Shown here: positions 1 through 13,854 of the stretch, one piece after another
Layout of the letters: each line of letters begins with the position of its first letter
Position numbering within the stretch: position 1 is the first letter of the stretch
Assembly (NCBI GenBank): GCA_048013815.1
Contig: CM106586.1
Location: forward strand, 15,872,001 to 15,936,000
Direction of reading: 5' to 3'
Length of the DNA: 64,000 nt
Source of the DNA: Setoptus koraiensis
Taxonomy: Eukaryota; Animalia; Arthropoda
Position numbers and translations under genes: made by a program
Notes under the pieces: generated by a model
Database searches by the model: none
What the model saw: only the letters and a program-made list of their open reading frames with translations
What the model was told of the DNA's origin: nothing

Positions 1-215
1 GGCTGAACGCGCGGACACCCGCGCGACATGTCCGCGGCCGGACACCGCCGAGCCTCGGTGTAGCTGGCGGGCCGGACAAGCCGCGCCCAAGTGACGTGCG
101 GACACACCGACGGCCGACAATTGAGTGTCTAAACAAACTCGGGCGCCCATCGATCATTGGCGCTCCGGAATCAGATATCGGCCGAGCGCTGACGCGCGAT
201 CGGGCCACCGACTGA

Positions 216-269
216 CCACTGATGCCGCTCGATCGGGCCACTGATGCCGCTCGATCGGGCCACTGATGC
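216..269. repeat. Tandem repeat, 22-bp unit CCACTGATGCCGCTCGATCGGG x2.5
   Basis: Read directly from the sequence. Confidence 0.9.
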
Positions 270-1891
270 ACCGCTCGCCCCGAGACGCTTGAGCCGGATG
301 TCACTTGAGCCGGCGAGCGGGTGCGCCAAATTGGGGCTCGTCCAACGCCCACTAGCGGGTCCCAATTTGGCCCCTCTGTTGCAACATATAGTGTAATATC
401 CTCGGCGCTTGTTGGCGCCCGCGCGAGTGCGCCCACTGAGCGCGAGAGTGACCGCACGAGCATAAGTGGGCCAAGTGGGCATAAGTGGCGACTTGTGCCG
501 TCAAATGTGTTTAAAAGACGCTCGCACCATGTGTATCGAATGACACATCGACGTTGTTTGCCGGCGCAACCGCGCCGCGGATTCTCCGCCCGCGATTCTC
601 CCGGCCCGCGATTCTCCGGCAAAAATTATCTGGCAAAGAGGCGAGCGCCGAAGGGGCCCCAAGAAGCGAGAACCTTCGGAGAGCGGAGGCTCGGCGGGCG
701 CGAGGCTGATAGCGATAGGATGTTGGAATGATGACATAATGTGATGATGCAACATGATGTGTGGGAATGGTTGCGAGTGGATCACCTCTGCAACTAGATC
801 AATCACTGCTCGTCGTCACTTGTCAGCCAATGATCACTCGTCATTGTGTTTTGCGGGCTCGCGACTCGATTGAGCGGCGCCCAACTGACACATGATGCTG
901 CCATGATTCAATTGCAATAATGACGATGATCATTTGCAAGACGATGATATGATAATAGGCCGCCGATATCGATTTATTTTGATAGCAGCCCGCTTGTCAG
1001 CTGATTCGCGAGCAGCCGGCCGACAAGCGCGCTTGTGTCGCGCCCCAAAAAACTGTGATGAAAGCCAGCACTTCCGGTTTGAGCCGCATTGTGTGTCTTG
1101 GGCCAGTGTTGTGCCACAAAAGTAAGCACGAGATAAACAGCGACAGCAGCAGCGACGATTAAAGTGTCTCTATATAATGTATATATGGTGTGATCACCTT
1201 TATTGTTGTTGTTGTTGTTGTTGTTGCAACAGACGATGATACCGACCGAGCGACGACAGACCAGATAAGAGAAGCCATCTGGTGATAATTTGCATATTGG
1301 CACTTAGCTCATATTCCTCTGTTGGGCTTCCTCTGGCGAGCACTAACTCTAGTTAGTAACTAGCACTTGAGACACACGCGCGACACTTAAATAACTGGCG
1401 CCCAGTTAAACGGCCGCTGAACAATGGGGCCCCCTTATAGCTTATATATACACATTGTTATATAACTCGAGTTTATATATAAATAACAGTCAGCTGACAC
1501 GAGCTAACTATATAAATGGTGCCGCACAATGCCGCACAATGCTGTGTAATGCTGTGTAAACTGCCGCTCTACATAAACTGGAGAGATACCGTCGCGCCAA
1601 ACGGAAGCCAGCGGCCGGCCGGGCCTCTAATTTTGGATGTTGTTGTTGTTGTTGATGTTGTGATATCTTGATATATCAACTTTGTATGTGTGCACAGTTG
1701 ATAGTGTCAACAGCGACGCGGGTTCTCACACAGCACACTCTGGCGTGTGTTTACCAAAGAGATAATCGATAAAAGGGGCCCACGTAATGGCGATGAATTA
1801 TAATATATCACAGCCAAATGAGGAGCACGAGAGCGCCGAAAGGAGCCCTTAGGTATGTTTGTCTTTTGGTGGCTCAGTTTTCAGCTCGCGC

Positions 1892-2482
1892 CAACAACAG
1901 CAACAGCAACAACAGCGACAACAGCAACAACAGCGACAACGACCGACTGGTGGAGGCGAGCGCGATTACGCAATCGATCGACTGCACAACGCGCTCGTTC
2001 CCGCGACCGCGCGCGCGCACGTGCTCGAGCTGCTCATTTTATTCCTGGTTGTTGTTGTTGTCGCCGCTGTTGTTGTTGTCGTTGCTTTGGCTGTTGTTGT
2101 CGTTGCCGATGTTGTTGTTGTCGTTGCTTTGGCTGTTGTTGTCGTTGCCGATGTTGTTGTCGCTGTTGTTGTTGCTTGTGATTGTGCGCGTCTGACTGTG
2201 CGCGCCCACTCACAGTCGCACACGGTCGGTTACGTAACGTTACAACGGTATCAGCTGTGCAACATACGCACCGTTATAGCGGGCCAGTTTTGCCCACTTT
2301 GGCGCGTGATCGATATCGAATTGATTAAATGCTCCGTTGGCGCAATCAAACAAGATCAGCCCGCGCGTCACATAATGACACAATGATTGTGTCATCGAGC
2401 GCTAGTTAACTGCCGCTGTTGTCGCTGTTGTTGCTGTTGTTGCTGTTGTTGCTGTTGTCGCTGTTGTTGCTGTTGTTGCTGC
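1892..2482. repeat. Cluster of cryptic trinucleotide microsatellites: a CAA/CAG tract followed by TTG/GTC tracts
   Basis: CAA-rich at 1892-1942; TTG-rich at about 2048-2176 and 2414-2482. Confidence 0.9.
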
Positions 2483-4066
2483 TGTTTGCTCTTTGCAGCG
2501 CTAACAAACGACGCTCGTATCACGCGACAGATCGTATGTCGTCGCATGATGGGGCGCGAAATAAGTTGGCCAGTAAGTGATATTGCAAAGATTGAAATCT
2601 TAATGAATGGGCGCAATCTCGTGTCGCAATGGGCCCCAACTTTTGGATTTGCCATTGGGCCGCTCATTGATTTGCGGCCCATCGACTTTCGCGCCAGCAC
2701 CCGATCTGGCCGCTGCGACAGTGTTGCCTGGCAAAAACTGGCAACATAACGCCTGCTTAGTGTTTAATTTTGTATGCTTATTGTGTGCACCAGTTGTGAT
2801 ACAATTCGGGCGCCAAACACACTCAAAAGATGGATTACGAATGGGCCAGTCGGGATAAAAAGCGAGCGCGCCCCACAAATCCACATAATACAAAAATAAT
2901 GCAACCAAAGCGAGCAACTTTGCCAAAACTCACACTCCAAAGCGCGCCAGAGTCATTTTAAAGGGCGCTCGCCACTTTACACTTTTCTGCGCCCGGCCCG
3001 CGCTGTTCGGGCGAGCCGCGCTGTTCGGGCGAGCCTCACTTTTCGGTGGGCAACACCCAAGGACCGACGCTCGCCGGGCGCTTAATGACTTTGGCTTACG
3101 GCGGCGGTGTCATTAATCACTGTTGAACAAATACAAACTGTCACACTTGATCATGTGACGATTTCATCATTGTGTGCGCCCCCGAAAATGCCCCTACGAT
3201 GGGCGGCCGCATTTTGTGAGCGTCTCGAGTTGCGAGCGCCTGGCTAAAAATTTTGACAACTCTAAATAACTTTAGATTGCTCCAGCGGGCCGCTAATCTA
3301 ACGCGGGCCCCAAACGTCGGCCGGCCTCATTAGTGGGCGCGTTCGTCGACCCAAACGCGGCTCACGAGTGCGCCCTCTAGCAACTTGCCAGCAGCGAGCG
3401 AGCGGAACTGTGTCGCGCCGGTGCACTCCTCACACCGTCGGGCATGTCGCCCGACGCTAAACGGGCACCTTTGACGCAATGAGTGAGCGATAATCATCAA
3501 TCAATGATTATCCGCGCTGATTTATCCAATCACGCCTAAACTGGGCCAACTGTGCAAACTGCTCACTTGCGTCGCTCGAGCCATATATCACCCATATATC
3601 AGCCGACTGATAGCGACGCACTGTGCCGACTGATAGTGTCTGTGCAGACTGATGGCGTCTGTGCAGACTGTCTGACACCGTCAATGTGGGGCCCTTAATT
3701 GATGTCAGATAATGATCAAACAGCCACTGCGACACATTTAAATCGAGCTCGACTGGCTTGGCCAGCATATCGCTGCAGATATCTCTGCATCTTGAAAATA
3801 TCCTGCGCGATTGGGCCGAGGCGGGGCGCCACCTGCGCCTCGTTGGGGCTAAATCGGACCGAGCGGGCCCCAATGGAACGGATTGGCTCGGCGCAAACAA
3901 GCGCGTCAACTGTGTGCGCGCTGATTGGGGCCATTGTCGCGATTAATTGATGCAGACAGTCACAGTTGATTGAATGCGCGCCAATTGAGAAGCGGGCCCC
4001 TCGAGCGGTGAGATTGTTCGCGGCGAGATTGTGCGGCCCGTCCCGTGACCGCTCACACGAGCGCAC

Positions 4067-4125
4067 AATCGCACAGTCGCATAATCGCACAGTCGCATAA
4101 TCGCACAGTCGCATAATCGCACAGT
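4067..4125. repeat. Tandem repeat, 16-bp unit AATCGCACAGTCGCAT x3.7
   Basis: Read directly from the sequence. Confidence 0.9.
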
Positions 4126-6148
4126 GGCCCGCTGAACAATGGGCGCCAGATTGGGTGCAAATTACGCGTCGTTGGCGCTTGTTTGGACACTGGCGGTCGG
4201 TTGCGGCATGCCGATCGTAATGGTGATTGTAATGACTCCAAATGAGCGATCGGCGCGACAATTACGGCGCGCTGCGACCCCAAAACAGTGACGATGATGT
4301 TTATGTTGCGAGGCGCCGGCCCGCGCGACCGCGCGACCGAGCGACCGGCCGACCGGCAACCAGTCAAGCGGCCGAAGAGTCGCGGATCGACTTTCGGGCC
4401 CCAGTCTGGCGATACCCGCACGTTGGGCGATGCTGCGGGCCGATGGGCGCCGGCCAATTGTTGCCGCTGATTAATCTTTGGCCAACGCGCACTGGTGGAC
4501 ACACAAAAAGCTTTTCTGTCCGCTTGGCTGGTGCTGCCTTTTAACCTATTGGCATTGTTGTTGACGCTGTCGTTGTTGTCGTTGTCGCTGTTGTCGTGTT
4601 GTTGTTGGTTTGTTTGTGTCAATAAGTTGTTGTTGTTGTTGCTGCTTGTGACAACAACGACAACAAGTAAACTGCTGCTGCCAACAGTCGGCGGCCAGGA
4701 ATTCGGTGGGTGTCGTCGCTGGAAAGTAGAGTAGTTAGTTTAGTTTGACTAGCGTGACCGCCACTCTCTCAAAACATCTCACCTGAGCGCCCACGACGCG
4801 GCTACCCGAGCCGCCCGAGCCGGCCGAGCCGCCCGAGCTACCTGAGATTGGATTAGTTCGGCTGCCAGCGAGCACGGCCCGATACACACGACTAGTGACG
4901 GCCAGTGTGTAAGGCCAGTGTGTAAATCGGGCGAGTTTTGCCGATGAGTTTTATCTCACAACAACAACAACAACAACAATATGCTCGCCAATATAAACAA
5001 CAAGTCTGCATATAGCCAGCATTAAGCATGGGCAAAGAATGCGCCACAACTCATTGCTATCATTGCCAATTGTCAACATTCCAATGGAACGCCAGCGAGA
5101 ACACGCCAAACATTCCATTGGGCTTGTCCCCATCACTCTCACACTTGCTTCGCCACCTGGCCGCGCGGGGGCGCCACTAGCAGAGGCATGCAGTGAGTCA
5201 GTGGGCACGATGAATTCATCATCACGTAACTGTGCCTATTGCAACGGTGTGTGTGTGACATAAAATTGTCTCCAATCAGTCTGCTCTGTCTCTCTACAAT
5301 GCCCCGGCTCTACAATGCCCCGGCTCTACAATCACTCAGGCTGTGCCATGCTCCGGCCCGACAGTCACTCCGGCTCCACAATTACTCCGGCGACAGCGTT
5401 AATCCGTTTTGATCTCTTTATCATCATTAGATGCTCGCTCACTGCGCTGCTCCGTGCAAAATCACTGCGCTGCTCTGTGCAAAATCACTGCTGTGCCCTA
5501 TGCAAAATCGCTGCAAACTCACCGGCCGAATTGGCCGAATTGGCCGAATAGGCCCAGTTGGCCCAGTCACAACTGGGTATCAGCGGGCCCAACTGCCAGC
5601 GCAGTTAATGCCGAGTTGCCAGCGAACAATGGGACAAAATGAGCCAAAATTAAATAGATTAAAATAGTTGGCTCAAGAGGCCTCAACAATGCGCCCAAAT
5701 GGCCCCATTGTGTCCAGTGCAGACTGGCGCACAATGCCCGCTGGTGGCGATTTGAATTAGCATTCTTGGCCGTTCGTCTAATCCAATTCAATTTAATTAT
5801 ATCTCGGTGTAAGTATGCGAATATGATGTCCATTTGGGCACTCACTCGGCCGCTGTCCGCCGCTGTTCGCCGATATCTGCCGCTGTCTGCCGATATCTGG
5901 CAACGCGGGCCGGCATCGGCCAGCGTCGATGTTCCGCGCCGAGGCACCCGACGGCCGCACATACGCGGGCGTAGGCGCGGGCGAGGGTGTAGCGGGCGAG
6001 AGCGGCCATTGTGAGGCCACTGCAACACAATCGGTATTGTGTTGCAGTGGTTGCGAGCCGCAAATAAAGAGACAAATAAACAGGCAAGTAACAGGCGAGT
6101 AACAGGCAAATAAACAGCGCGTTGTTTGTGCAAAGAATCGCCTGAAAA

Positions 6149-6218
6149 GAAGCGAAGAGGAGCGAAGAGAAGCGCAGAGAAGCGCAGAGAAGCGCAGAGA
6201 AGCGAAGAGAAGCGAAGA
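6149..6218. repeat. Tandem repeat, 10-bp unit GAAGCG(A/C)AGA x7
   Basis: Read directly from the sequence. Confidence 0.9.
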
Positions 6219-7295
6219 ATTTCTCTGCGACGCTCAATGAAAATGAACACTTTTCGCGTGTGTGTGCGTGTGAGCAAAAAGTGTCACCCATTCTCGCTTG
6301 TTGTTTGCTCATCTCTTCATCTTTATTAGCAATATATCTATATTGTTGTCGTTGTTGTTGTTGTCGTCTGACCACCACCACTGTCAACAAACAACGGACG
6401 CGGCGCACAAGAATTCGCTCACCGGACAGCTCATTTGAATATCTTTGTTAACTCGATCAGCTTGTTTGCATTCTTTGGCTGGCTGTCGCTGTCACTGGTC
6501 CGGCGACAACTCGCACCGATGCAGTCGATACTGACAGTATCAGAGTGCGGCGGCCAGCGGCAGCCACCGCGAGCCACCACGAGCTACCACGTGCAACAGC
6601 GAGCAGCCAACAAAAAGCACGATAACGGACATAATGGCATTTGTCATCGGCGTCACCTCGCGCCAGCGCCAGCATTAGCTACCTGGGCCACCGCTAATGT
6701 TGGTGATATATGCCCGTGCTATGCGCGTTGTCCGCTAGGTGTGAATGTATCCCGCGACAGTGGCCGTTGTCGCTGTTGTTGCCAACAGCGGCCAACAGCC
6801 AACAACAGCCAACAACAACAGCCAACAACGGCCAACAACAGCCACAAGGCAAACAATGAGCGTCTCTCATTATTATTGTGACTTGTTGTCGCGCTGGCAG
6901 CGCTGGCCCGTTTGCTTTGTTTGCCGGACCCGCGATCCGATGGCCGCCGATGGCCCCGATGCTTGTGTCCCGGCGTGTCCATTATGATTAACATGGAAAA
7001 ATCACTGCACAACAACAATGCCAATTGTCATTCTTCGCCATTGATCCGCTGGCCGTCTTATCGGCGCTCATTCGCGGGCCCGCTCTGCGCGCGTCCCGCG
7101 GCTCCAGTAGCGCCCACGGGTCCGCTGGCCGCGCCGCTCCGGCCCGCTGGCCCGTATCGTCCGAGTCAGATGGCCCGCAATTCGCTCACAATCCGCTGGC
7201 TTGTCAGCGGCCCAAATGGCCCCGTTCAAACAACCGGTGTCGCGCAACCGGCTCAATCATTCATCCGCATTCGTGCATCGGGCGTGCACATATGA

Positions 7296-7362
7296 ATTGT
7301 GGCGCAATTATTGTGGCGCAATTATTGTGGCACAATTATTGTGGCACAATTATTGTGGCACA
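7296..7362. repeat. Tandem repeat, 14-bp unit ATTGTGGC(G/A)CAATT x4.8
   Basis: Read directly; the junctions form the near-palindrome CACAAT-T-ATTGTG. Confidence 0.9.
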
Positions 7363-9118
7363 TGCTCAATTATACGCGCGCGCTGCAAACAATGGCCCAA
7401 ACAGTAATTAATTGTTTCGCCGAGACCCGCAGCGCCTCCGCCGGCACCCGCCAGCGACTCGTGGGGCCCGGCGCAGCAGTCGCAGCGGTCGCCACAGATA
7501 GACAAAAGCGAGCTCGACGTGCTCGATCCGCGCATTTTTTGTTGTGTTTGTCAGCACGGGAGGCGCCATTTCGGGCCCTCACGCTATGATACCATCATGC
7601 TATCGTGATAGTGTGATGTGATAGATGATGCATACACAATCTATATTATAGATGCAGCAGCCGGGGCCAAAAATAAACACGGCCCAAAAACAAACAAGCG
7701 ACGCCCCGATGGCATAAGTGACGGATAAGCCGGCCCGGCCGACAGATGCAACTTGCAGCTAAAAAAGGTGGCAAAAAATGTAACTTTTTCGCGCTGCCAA
7801 CTTCTTGGCCCGTTTTTTGCCCGTTATACGGTATAAATAACCCTAAATAATTTCATGCTTTCTTATTTGCGTCTCTGATCATCTTGGCCCATTTTGCTCA
7901 TCTTGTACCATTTGTTGTTTGCGCAGATCGCTGTCGCCGTTGAGCTCAATACCAATAACGAAAGAAAGTGCGCCCCCCGGCCCGATTCGTACAATCGTAC
8001 AATGCACGGATTGCATGGCCTGTGCAGATCTGGCACACATGTCGCCACTAATTTTGTCGGCTAATTTCCGCTAATTTCCGGCCCGGCGGGCCGGCCCGAA
8101 ATTAGCCGACACAATAGTGCAAATACACCCAAAAATATCGCTGTCTCTGCTGTTGCTGGCGCTCGCCGCCAGGGGCGCCTTGTTCGTTTGTGTTGGCCAG
8201 TTGATGGCGACTGTGCCGCTGATGCCATTATGACACTGTCGCACCAACGTTGATATCGCGCAATATCAGCGAGTTGAGCGATATCATCATTGAGCGATTT
8301 CGACACTGTGCGATGTCAGCTTGATAATGACAAGTTTATGTTGTGCGTTTGTGTTGTTTGTGTTGTTGAGTTTGTCGCAGCGCGAGCGGGTTTGTTGCGA
8401 CGAGTTGTTGCGACGAGTTGTTGCGACGAGTTGTTGTGACGAGTTGTTGTGAGAGAGGTCGCCAGTTGCGAAATCACAGAGCGCGTTTGTCCGCTAATTA
8501 TGAGCAACGATGATGAACGACAAACTGTGCGCCGCTCAACTGGTCAGCGTGAGCGACGCCGACACGCCGACAGGCCGACAGGTGAGCGACGCTGGCGACG
8601 CGCCGACAGGTGAGCGACTGGCCGAGGCGGACACACTCATTCATAATCACCTGTCTGTCGATGTTGTCGGCGTCGGCGAGCGTCGTCGATGTCGCCCGTG
8701 TCGGCCAGCGTCGACGTGGCTCGGCCCACTGCAAGCTGACCGGAACGAATCACATGTTGTTGTGTTTGTGGCAGCAGCGCGCACTTGTAACAACGGGCCA
8801 AAACAAACATTGGCGGCGCGCACTTGCCAGCGGCCACAATTTGCATAACATCAGCAGCAGCAGCAGCGGTAATAACACGCTACACGACAATGAGCATCGT
8901 AATGACAGTTATGAGTTGTGGTCAAGTCTCTAATTATGATTGTCGCGCCGCTCCACACACACACACACACAAACAAACAACAAGCAACAAGCAGCAAACA
9001 ACAAACGACAAACCCTGCAGCTGATTTTGACACACTAACTGACCGATCGGCTGACCGGTTGACAGATCTGCTGTCGCGACAGATCCGGCGCGTCGCACGG
9101 GCCCGTCATTTAGAGTCT

Positions 9119-9211
9119 GACGGTCAGAATCGGACGGTCAGACTCGGACGGTCTGAATCGGACGGTCAGACTCGGACGGTCAGAATCGGACGGTCAGAAT
9201 CGGACGGTCAG
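9119..9211. repeat. Tandem repeat, 14-bp unit GACGGTCAGA(A/C)TCG x6.6
   Basis: Read directly from the sequence. Confidence 0.9.
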
Positions 9212-11038
9212 CGCGGCCGCGGCGACGCATGTGAGCCACCAATCGCCGGCGCACATGCACGCAATCGCCGCTCGGTTGCGTCACGAGCGGCGATTGTTTC
9301 CGCTGTTGCCGGTCGTCGCGACCAGTGGCGACCACTTGTGTCCACTTGTGTCCAGTCGCGGCCGGTTGCGGCCAGTGGCGACAAAATCACATCACTTGAC
9401 ACCTGTGCGAATCGGGCCTGTTGTGACCCGCGCCGGCCGGGCGCGGGTTGCGTGAGCCGGGCCGGCCAACTTATCGCGCCGTCGACGGCGATCCAGCAGC
9501 CATTGAACCAGCGCTATGAATTGTTATTAAGTAAGTTGCGGGCGAAATATGAGATTGGCGCCAATCGGCCGCTATATTGGCCAACATATAGGCCGACAGG
9601 AAACAATCAATTGGTACCGATTGGTGGCCGGTGAAAAAGTGGCGCCGGATCGCCCCGCGAGTGGCCAAAATCATTTATCAAGTGCGGCCAGCATCGATCA
9701 TTATATTGTGAGCGATATTTGCTCGCTCTTTTTGCTGCATGTTTGCCATTCTTGCCCTATTAGCCGGATTTGCCATACTTGCCGCATTCACCGCATTCGC
9801 CGTATTTGCTATATTTGCGATTTTTGCGATTTTTGCTATATTTGCTACACTTGCCAAATTTGCTACGTTTGCTATAGTTGCTATATTTGCCATATAGATA
9901 CATTTACAGCGTGTATCGGCTGTGACTCCAATTGACTCGTCCGTCGAAATATGATGGGCGAGCTCGCCGGACAAGGTGAATTAATCAAGCGGCCGTAAGT
10001 GGCCGCCAGTTTGTTTTCGCCAGCTTATTATTGCCAGCTTATTGTTGCCAGTTTATTATTGCCGGCGTATGGTTGCCAGCTTATTATTGGCAACCAGACG
10101 AGAATTGCAGTGAAACTCGCGGCCGCGGTTTGGGCACAATTTGCCAGCCACAACTGCCGCCAACGCAACAACCGGCCACTGGCAGCCGGCAAAATGAAGA
10201 TGGATGGACGATGCCAATCAGAGCGTTTTTTCAGCGTCAAGCCGAGCCCGCAATTGATCATCGCCGGCACAACAATTGCCAAAACGAACGCAGCCGACGG
10301 CCACTAATGATGCAACCTTACCTAACGAATTGCAAATGATCGATGCCGCTGCCGGTCACTTTGTCTCGATTGTTCAATTTTGGCCAATAGGAGAAATTTG
10401 ATCGTCGGCGCAACTGGCGCCAATCAATTTTCATCCACTCGCTCCAATCCAATCGTTTCGTCCGACGACCATTATCGCCCGAACCGGCCCGATTATCGCC
10501 CGAACCGGCCCAAATTATGGCCCGAACTAGCCCGATTATCGGCCCGGACTGGCCGGAATTATTGGCCCGGATTGTGTGGCCAGACTGTCGCCGAATACAT
10601 TCCTGCTGGCCACTCGCTGACTCACAAGTCAGCCGCTGGCGCGCGGTCGCTCGAATCGAGCGGCTCGATGTTTCGGGCCGGCTCATGCACGTAGAGGGCG
10701 AGCACGATACCCCAATAAATTGCAATGAATTGCAATAAATTGCTATAAATTGGGGTATCGCGATGCGCCAATTTATGGGGCCAGCGTTGGCCGGTCAGCG
10801 GGGCGTGACTGGGGCGAACTCTCGCGGGTCTTTCGCGGGCCTTTTGCGGGTTTTTTGCGGGTCAACGGGGCCACTTTTTATCTAGGCAAGACTGCTTTTA
10901 TGGTGGCCAAATGTTGGTTTGGCCCGCAAATTCATTCATGTCGGCCGCGGCGCACAGATGGCGCTGCGCAAAAGTCACGCTCCCTGCCGAGCGAGTGCAC
11001 AGCTTTTGCATTGGCGCGGCAAGCGTATGGGTCGCTAA

Positions 11039-11066
11039 CAACTGTGCACTTGTAAGTGCACAGTTG
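11039..11066. repeat. Inverted repeat CAACTGTGCACTT-GT-AAGTGCACAGTTG (13-bp arms, 2-nt spacer)
   Basis: The arms are exact reverse complements. Confidence 0.9.
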
Positions 11067-11190
11067 GCACAACGAACGTATCTCACGCCAAGTATCGGTT
11101 TCAATAGTTGCGCTGGCGGCCGCCAGGTATCTCGGGCGCAATTGATGTTGTTGCGTCAGAGACAAGATGTTGTCTGTTGTTGTGCGACAC

Positions 11191-11335
11191 AACAGCTACA
11201 ACAGCTACAACAGCTACAACAGCTACAACAACAGTAACAGCAACAACAGCAACAACAACAGTAACAACAACAACAGCAACGACAACAGTAACAGCAACAA
11301 CAGCAACGACAACAGCGGCGACAACAGCGACAAGT
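11191..11335. repeat. CAA/CAG/GAC microsatellite mosaic including (ACAACAGCT)x4
   Basis: Read directly from the sequence. Confidence 0.9.
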
Positions 11336-11594
11336 CACAACAAGCTGCAGCGCAGAGGCATTGTGTTGCGTAATAATAGGTGCGACAACTGGCACTATAT
11401 CACAACGCGGCGATGTCCAGCGCGCCAGCAGCGACGCGGCGACACAGCGGCCAGGTGACGCAGGCTGCGAGTCGTGTGCGAGCAACAACAAAAATCATTA
11501 TTGTTGTTGTTTGTCTGGGCGGCCGTTGGCCGTTGTTTGTTGGCTGTCGGCGCGGTGCGGCGAATTGGTTTGCAACAACGACGAGCCAAACATC

Positions 11595-11615
11595 GAGAGA
11601 GAGAGAGAGAGAGAG
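11595..11615. repeat. (GA)n dinucleotide tract
   Basis: About 10 GA units. Confidence 0.9.
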
Positions 11616-13801
11616 TTACATAACCGGCGCGACACGACGCCAAATGGGCACTTGCGCCTTCGGCCGGCTTTACCTGGCGAGCCGATTGTGCATTGTTGTT
11701 ATTGTTTGTATTGGCGTGTTTGTGTGTGTCGCCAGTTGGAGCGAGCAGTTGCTGCTGTTGTTGTTGTTGCTGTTGTCGTTGTTTATTGTGGCGACAATAA
11801 ATGAAATAAATGATTGCGCGCTCAGGGATTGTGGCCGCTGCTGGCTGCGCGCGGCGCCCCCTACACAGAGCCCCTATACAGCCAGTCGTATAGAAATTAG
11901 ATGTGTCGATACTTGTTAAATAGCTGGATAAATAGATAGTAGATACACACACTGTGTTTAGTTGGGTGTCTCGCAAGTCGGTCGGTTGTTAGTGTGTTTG
12001 GTGGCAGCGACAAACAGACGGCGCTCGCTAGATTACGTGCAAGCGCGCGTAGCAATTGCACTTGTTCTTTGTTGGCAGTTTCGAGTAGTAGTGCAATACA
12101 TGATTAAATGTAGCTTGATTTATTCGCTTGACTTGCGTGCACTTACTTTTGTTTGTCTGCTTGTTTGGCTCCACTTAGCGTTTGTTTGCCCGGCCACCAG
12201 AGGCGCCGCACAAGCGAGTATGTGGCGCTGTTATATAATACCGCCGCGGGTCGCCGTGCCTCTCCAAGCCTCGCTATACGTCGCAATAGGTCGCCCCGGA
12301 GTGTCGCCGGAGCAGGTCGCTATGTGTCGCCGTATAAGCCGGAGCATGTCGCTATGTGTCGCTGTATAAGCCAGAGTGGGGCCCAAGGTGACGCACACAC
12401 ACACACACATGAATGTGCTCGCTAAATTGTTAATTAAACACCTGGCCTCGCGCGCCTCCTAATGCTATCCGACCACTTGCACGCCCAAAAGCACTGAATT
12501 TAGATTTGGGGCCCCGGCTCGCAATTTATCTCTGTGCAGTGTATATATCGCTATATATAGCACAGCAGCGTGCACACAATCTCTCCTGAGATGCACATGC
12601 TCTTTAGTATATATACTAAAGAGATTAAGCGCTGTTTGCTCGGCCCGCCGCTTGGCGACACACTGGACAGAGCACAAACTGCACAAAACGGAACAGAGTA
12701 CGCAAACGAGAGAAACTCCGCCAGCGACACCTACACTCTGTAGGCCACAGAGGCCCTCTGTCAGAGGGTTGACACAACCAGATATTACCAGAGAAACCAG
12801 GCAAACTAGAGAAACAGAAACAGAGATTTGTGTTTGTAGCGCGGTGTCTTGTTGCGACGGCCGGCCGTCGAGTGCGCGGCGTGGCGGCCAGTCCGCGCGC
12901 CCGTATCTCGCAATTGTTAAATCTATTATTATTTGTAGCCGCGCCGCGCTTATCTCTTTCATCGATCTTACGCAGCTTATATAGGCACAGCTTACGTAAC
13001 ACACGTAAGAGCGCTGACATACTGTGGGCGCAGTTAGCGCGTGTACAACACTGTTTACCGTTGTGTAACTGTACGTGTTGTGCAACTGTACGTGTTGTGT
13101 AACTGTGCGTTTTGTGCAACTGTGCGCCGCCAGTGCAAAGTCCAAATTGCGCGTGTTGCACAATTTGGCGCCGCTAGTTGGCGCCGCTAGTTGGCATCGG
13201 CGGTGGTTGGCATCGGCGGTGGTTGGCATTGGTAGTGGGCATCGGTAGTTGCTGACGGTAGTTGCCGACGGTAGTTGTTGACGGCAGTTGTTGACGGCAG
13301 TTGTTGCGTAAGAGGCCAACGGGCAATTGAATTGTTGAGTTGTTGTTGTTGCTCTGTTCGCGCCTATATATCAATTTCTGCACACACACACACACGCACA
13401 CGCTCGCTGCCCAGAGCCGTGCGGCACAGCGCGTTCGCTGAGTCGCCACGAGCGGGGGCCCCGTTCGCTCGTGGCCCGCACTTGTGTTACTGTGCGCCCT
13501 GTGCATGTTACGGCCTCGGCTGTTGTGGTCGCTATCTGCTCGTACAAGATAACGGCGGCGTAACAGAGTGTCGTCGCGAGCCGACAACACTCTGTTACAT
13601 AACCAACTAAAACAACTGCAACTGCAGTCGGTCTAACGCTGCGTGCGACTGCCCGTGTAAGTCGCGCCCAAACAAACTGACCATTGTCCGGCCGTCCGGC
13701 TGTCCGGCTGTCCGGCTGTCCGACTGACCGGCCGCCGCTCCGCTGACCGGTGCTGCAAGCGGCGCCCGACGCGCCCCCTGAGCGACGCATCGAGCGAGTG
13801 C

Positions 13802-13854
13802 AATAGATGTGAGCGAAATAGATGTGAGCGAAATAGATGTGAGCGAAATAGATG
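13802..13854. repeat. Tandem repeat, 15-bp unit AATAGATGTGAGCGA x3.5
   Basis: Read directly from the sequence. Confidence 0.9.

Noticed and set aside
12465-13319. 284-aa minus-strand ORF, the longest after Irx
   Set aside because: It spans local tandem repeats and low-complexity sequence, contains no recognisable motif, and overlaps equally implausible ORFs in other frames.
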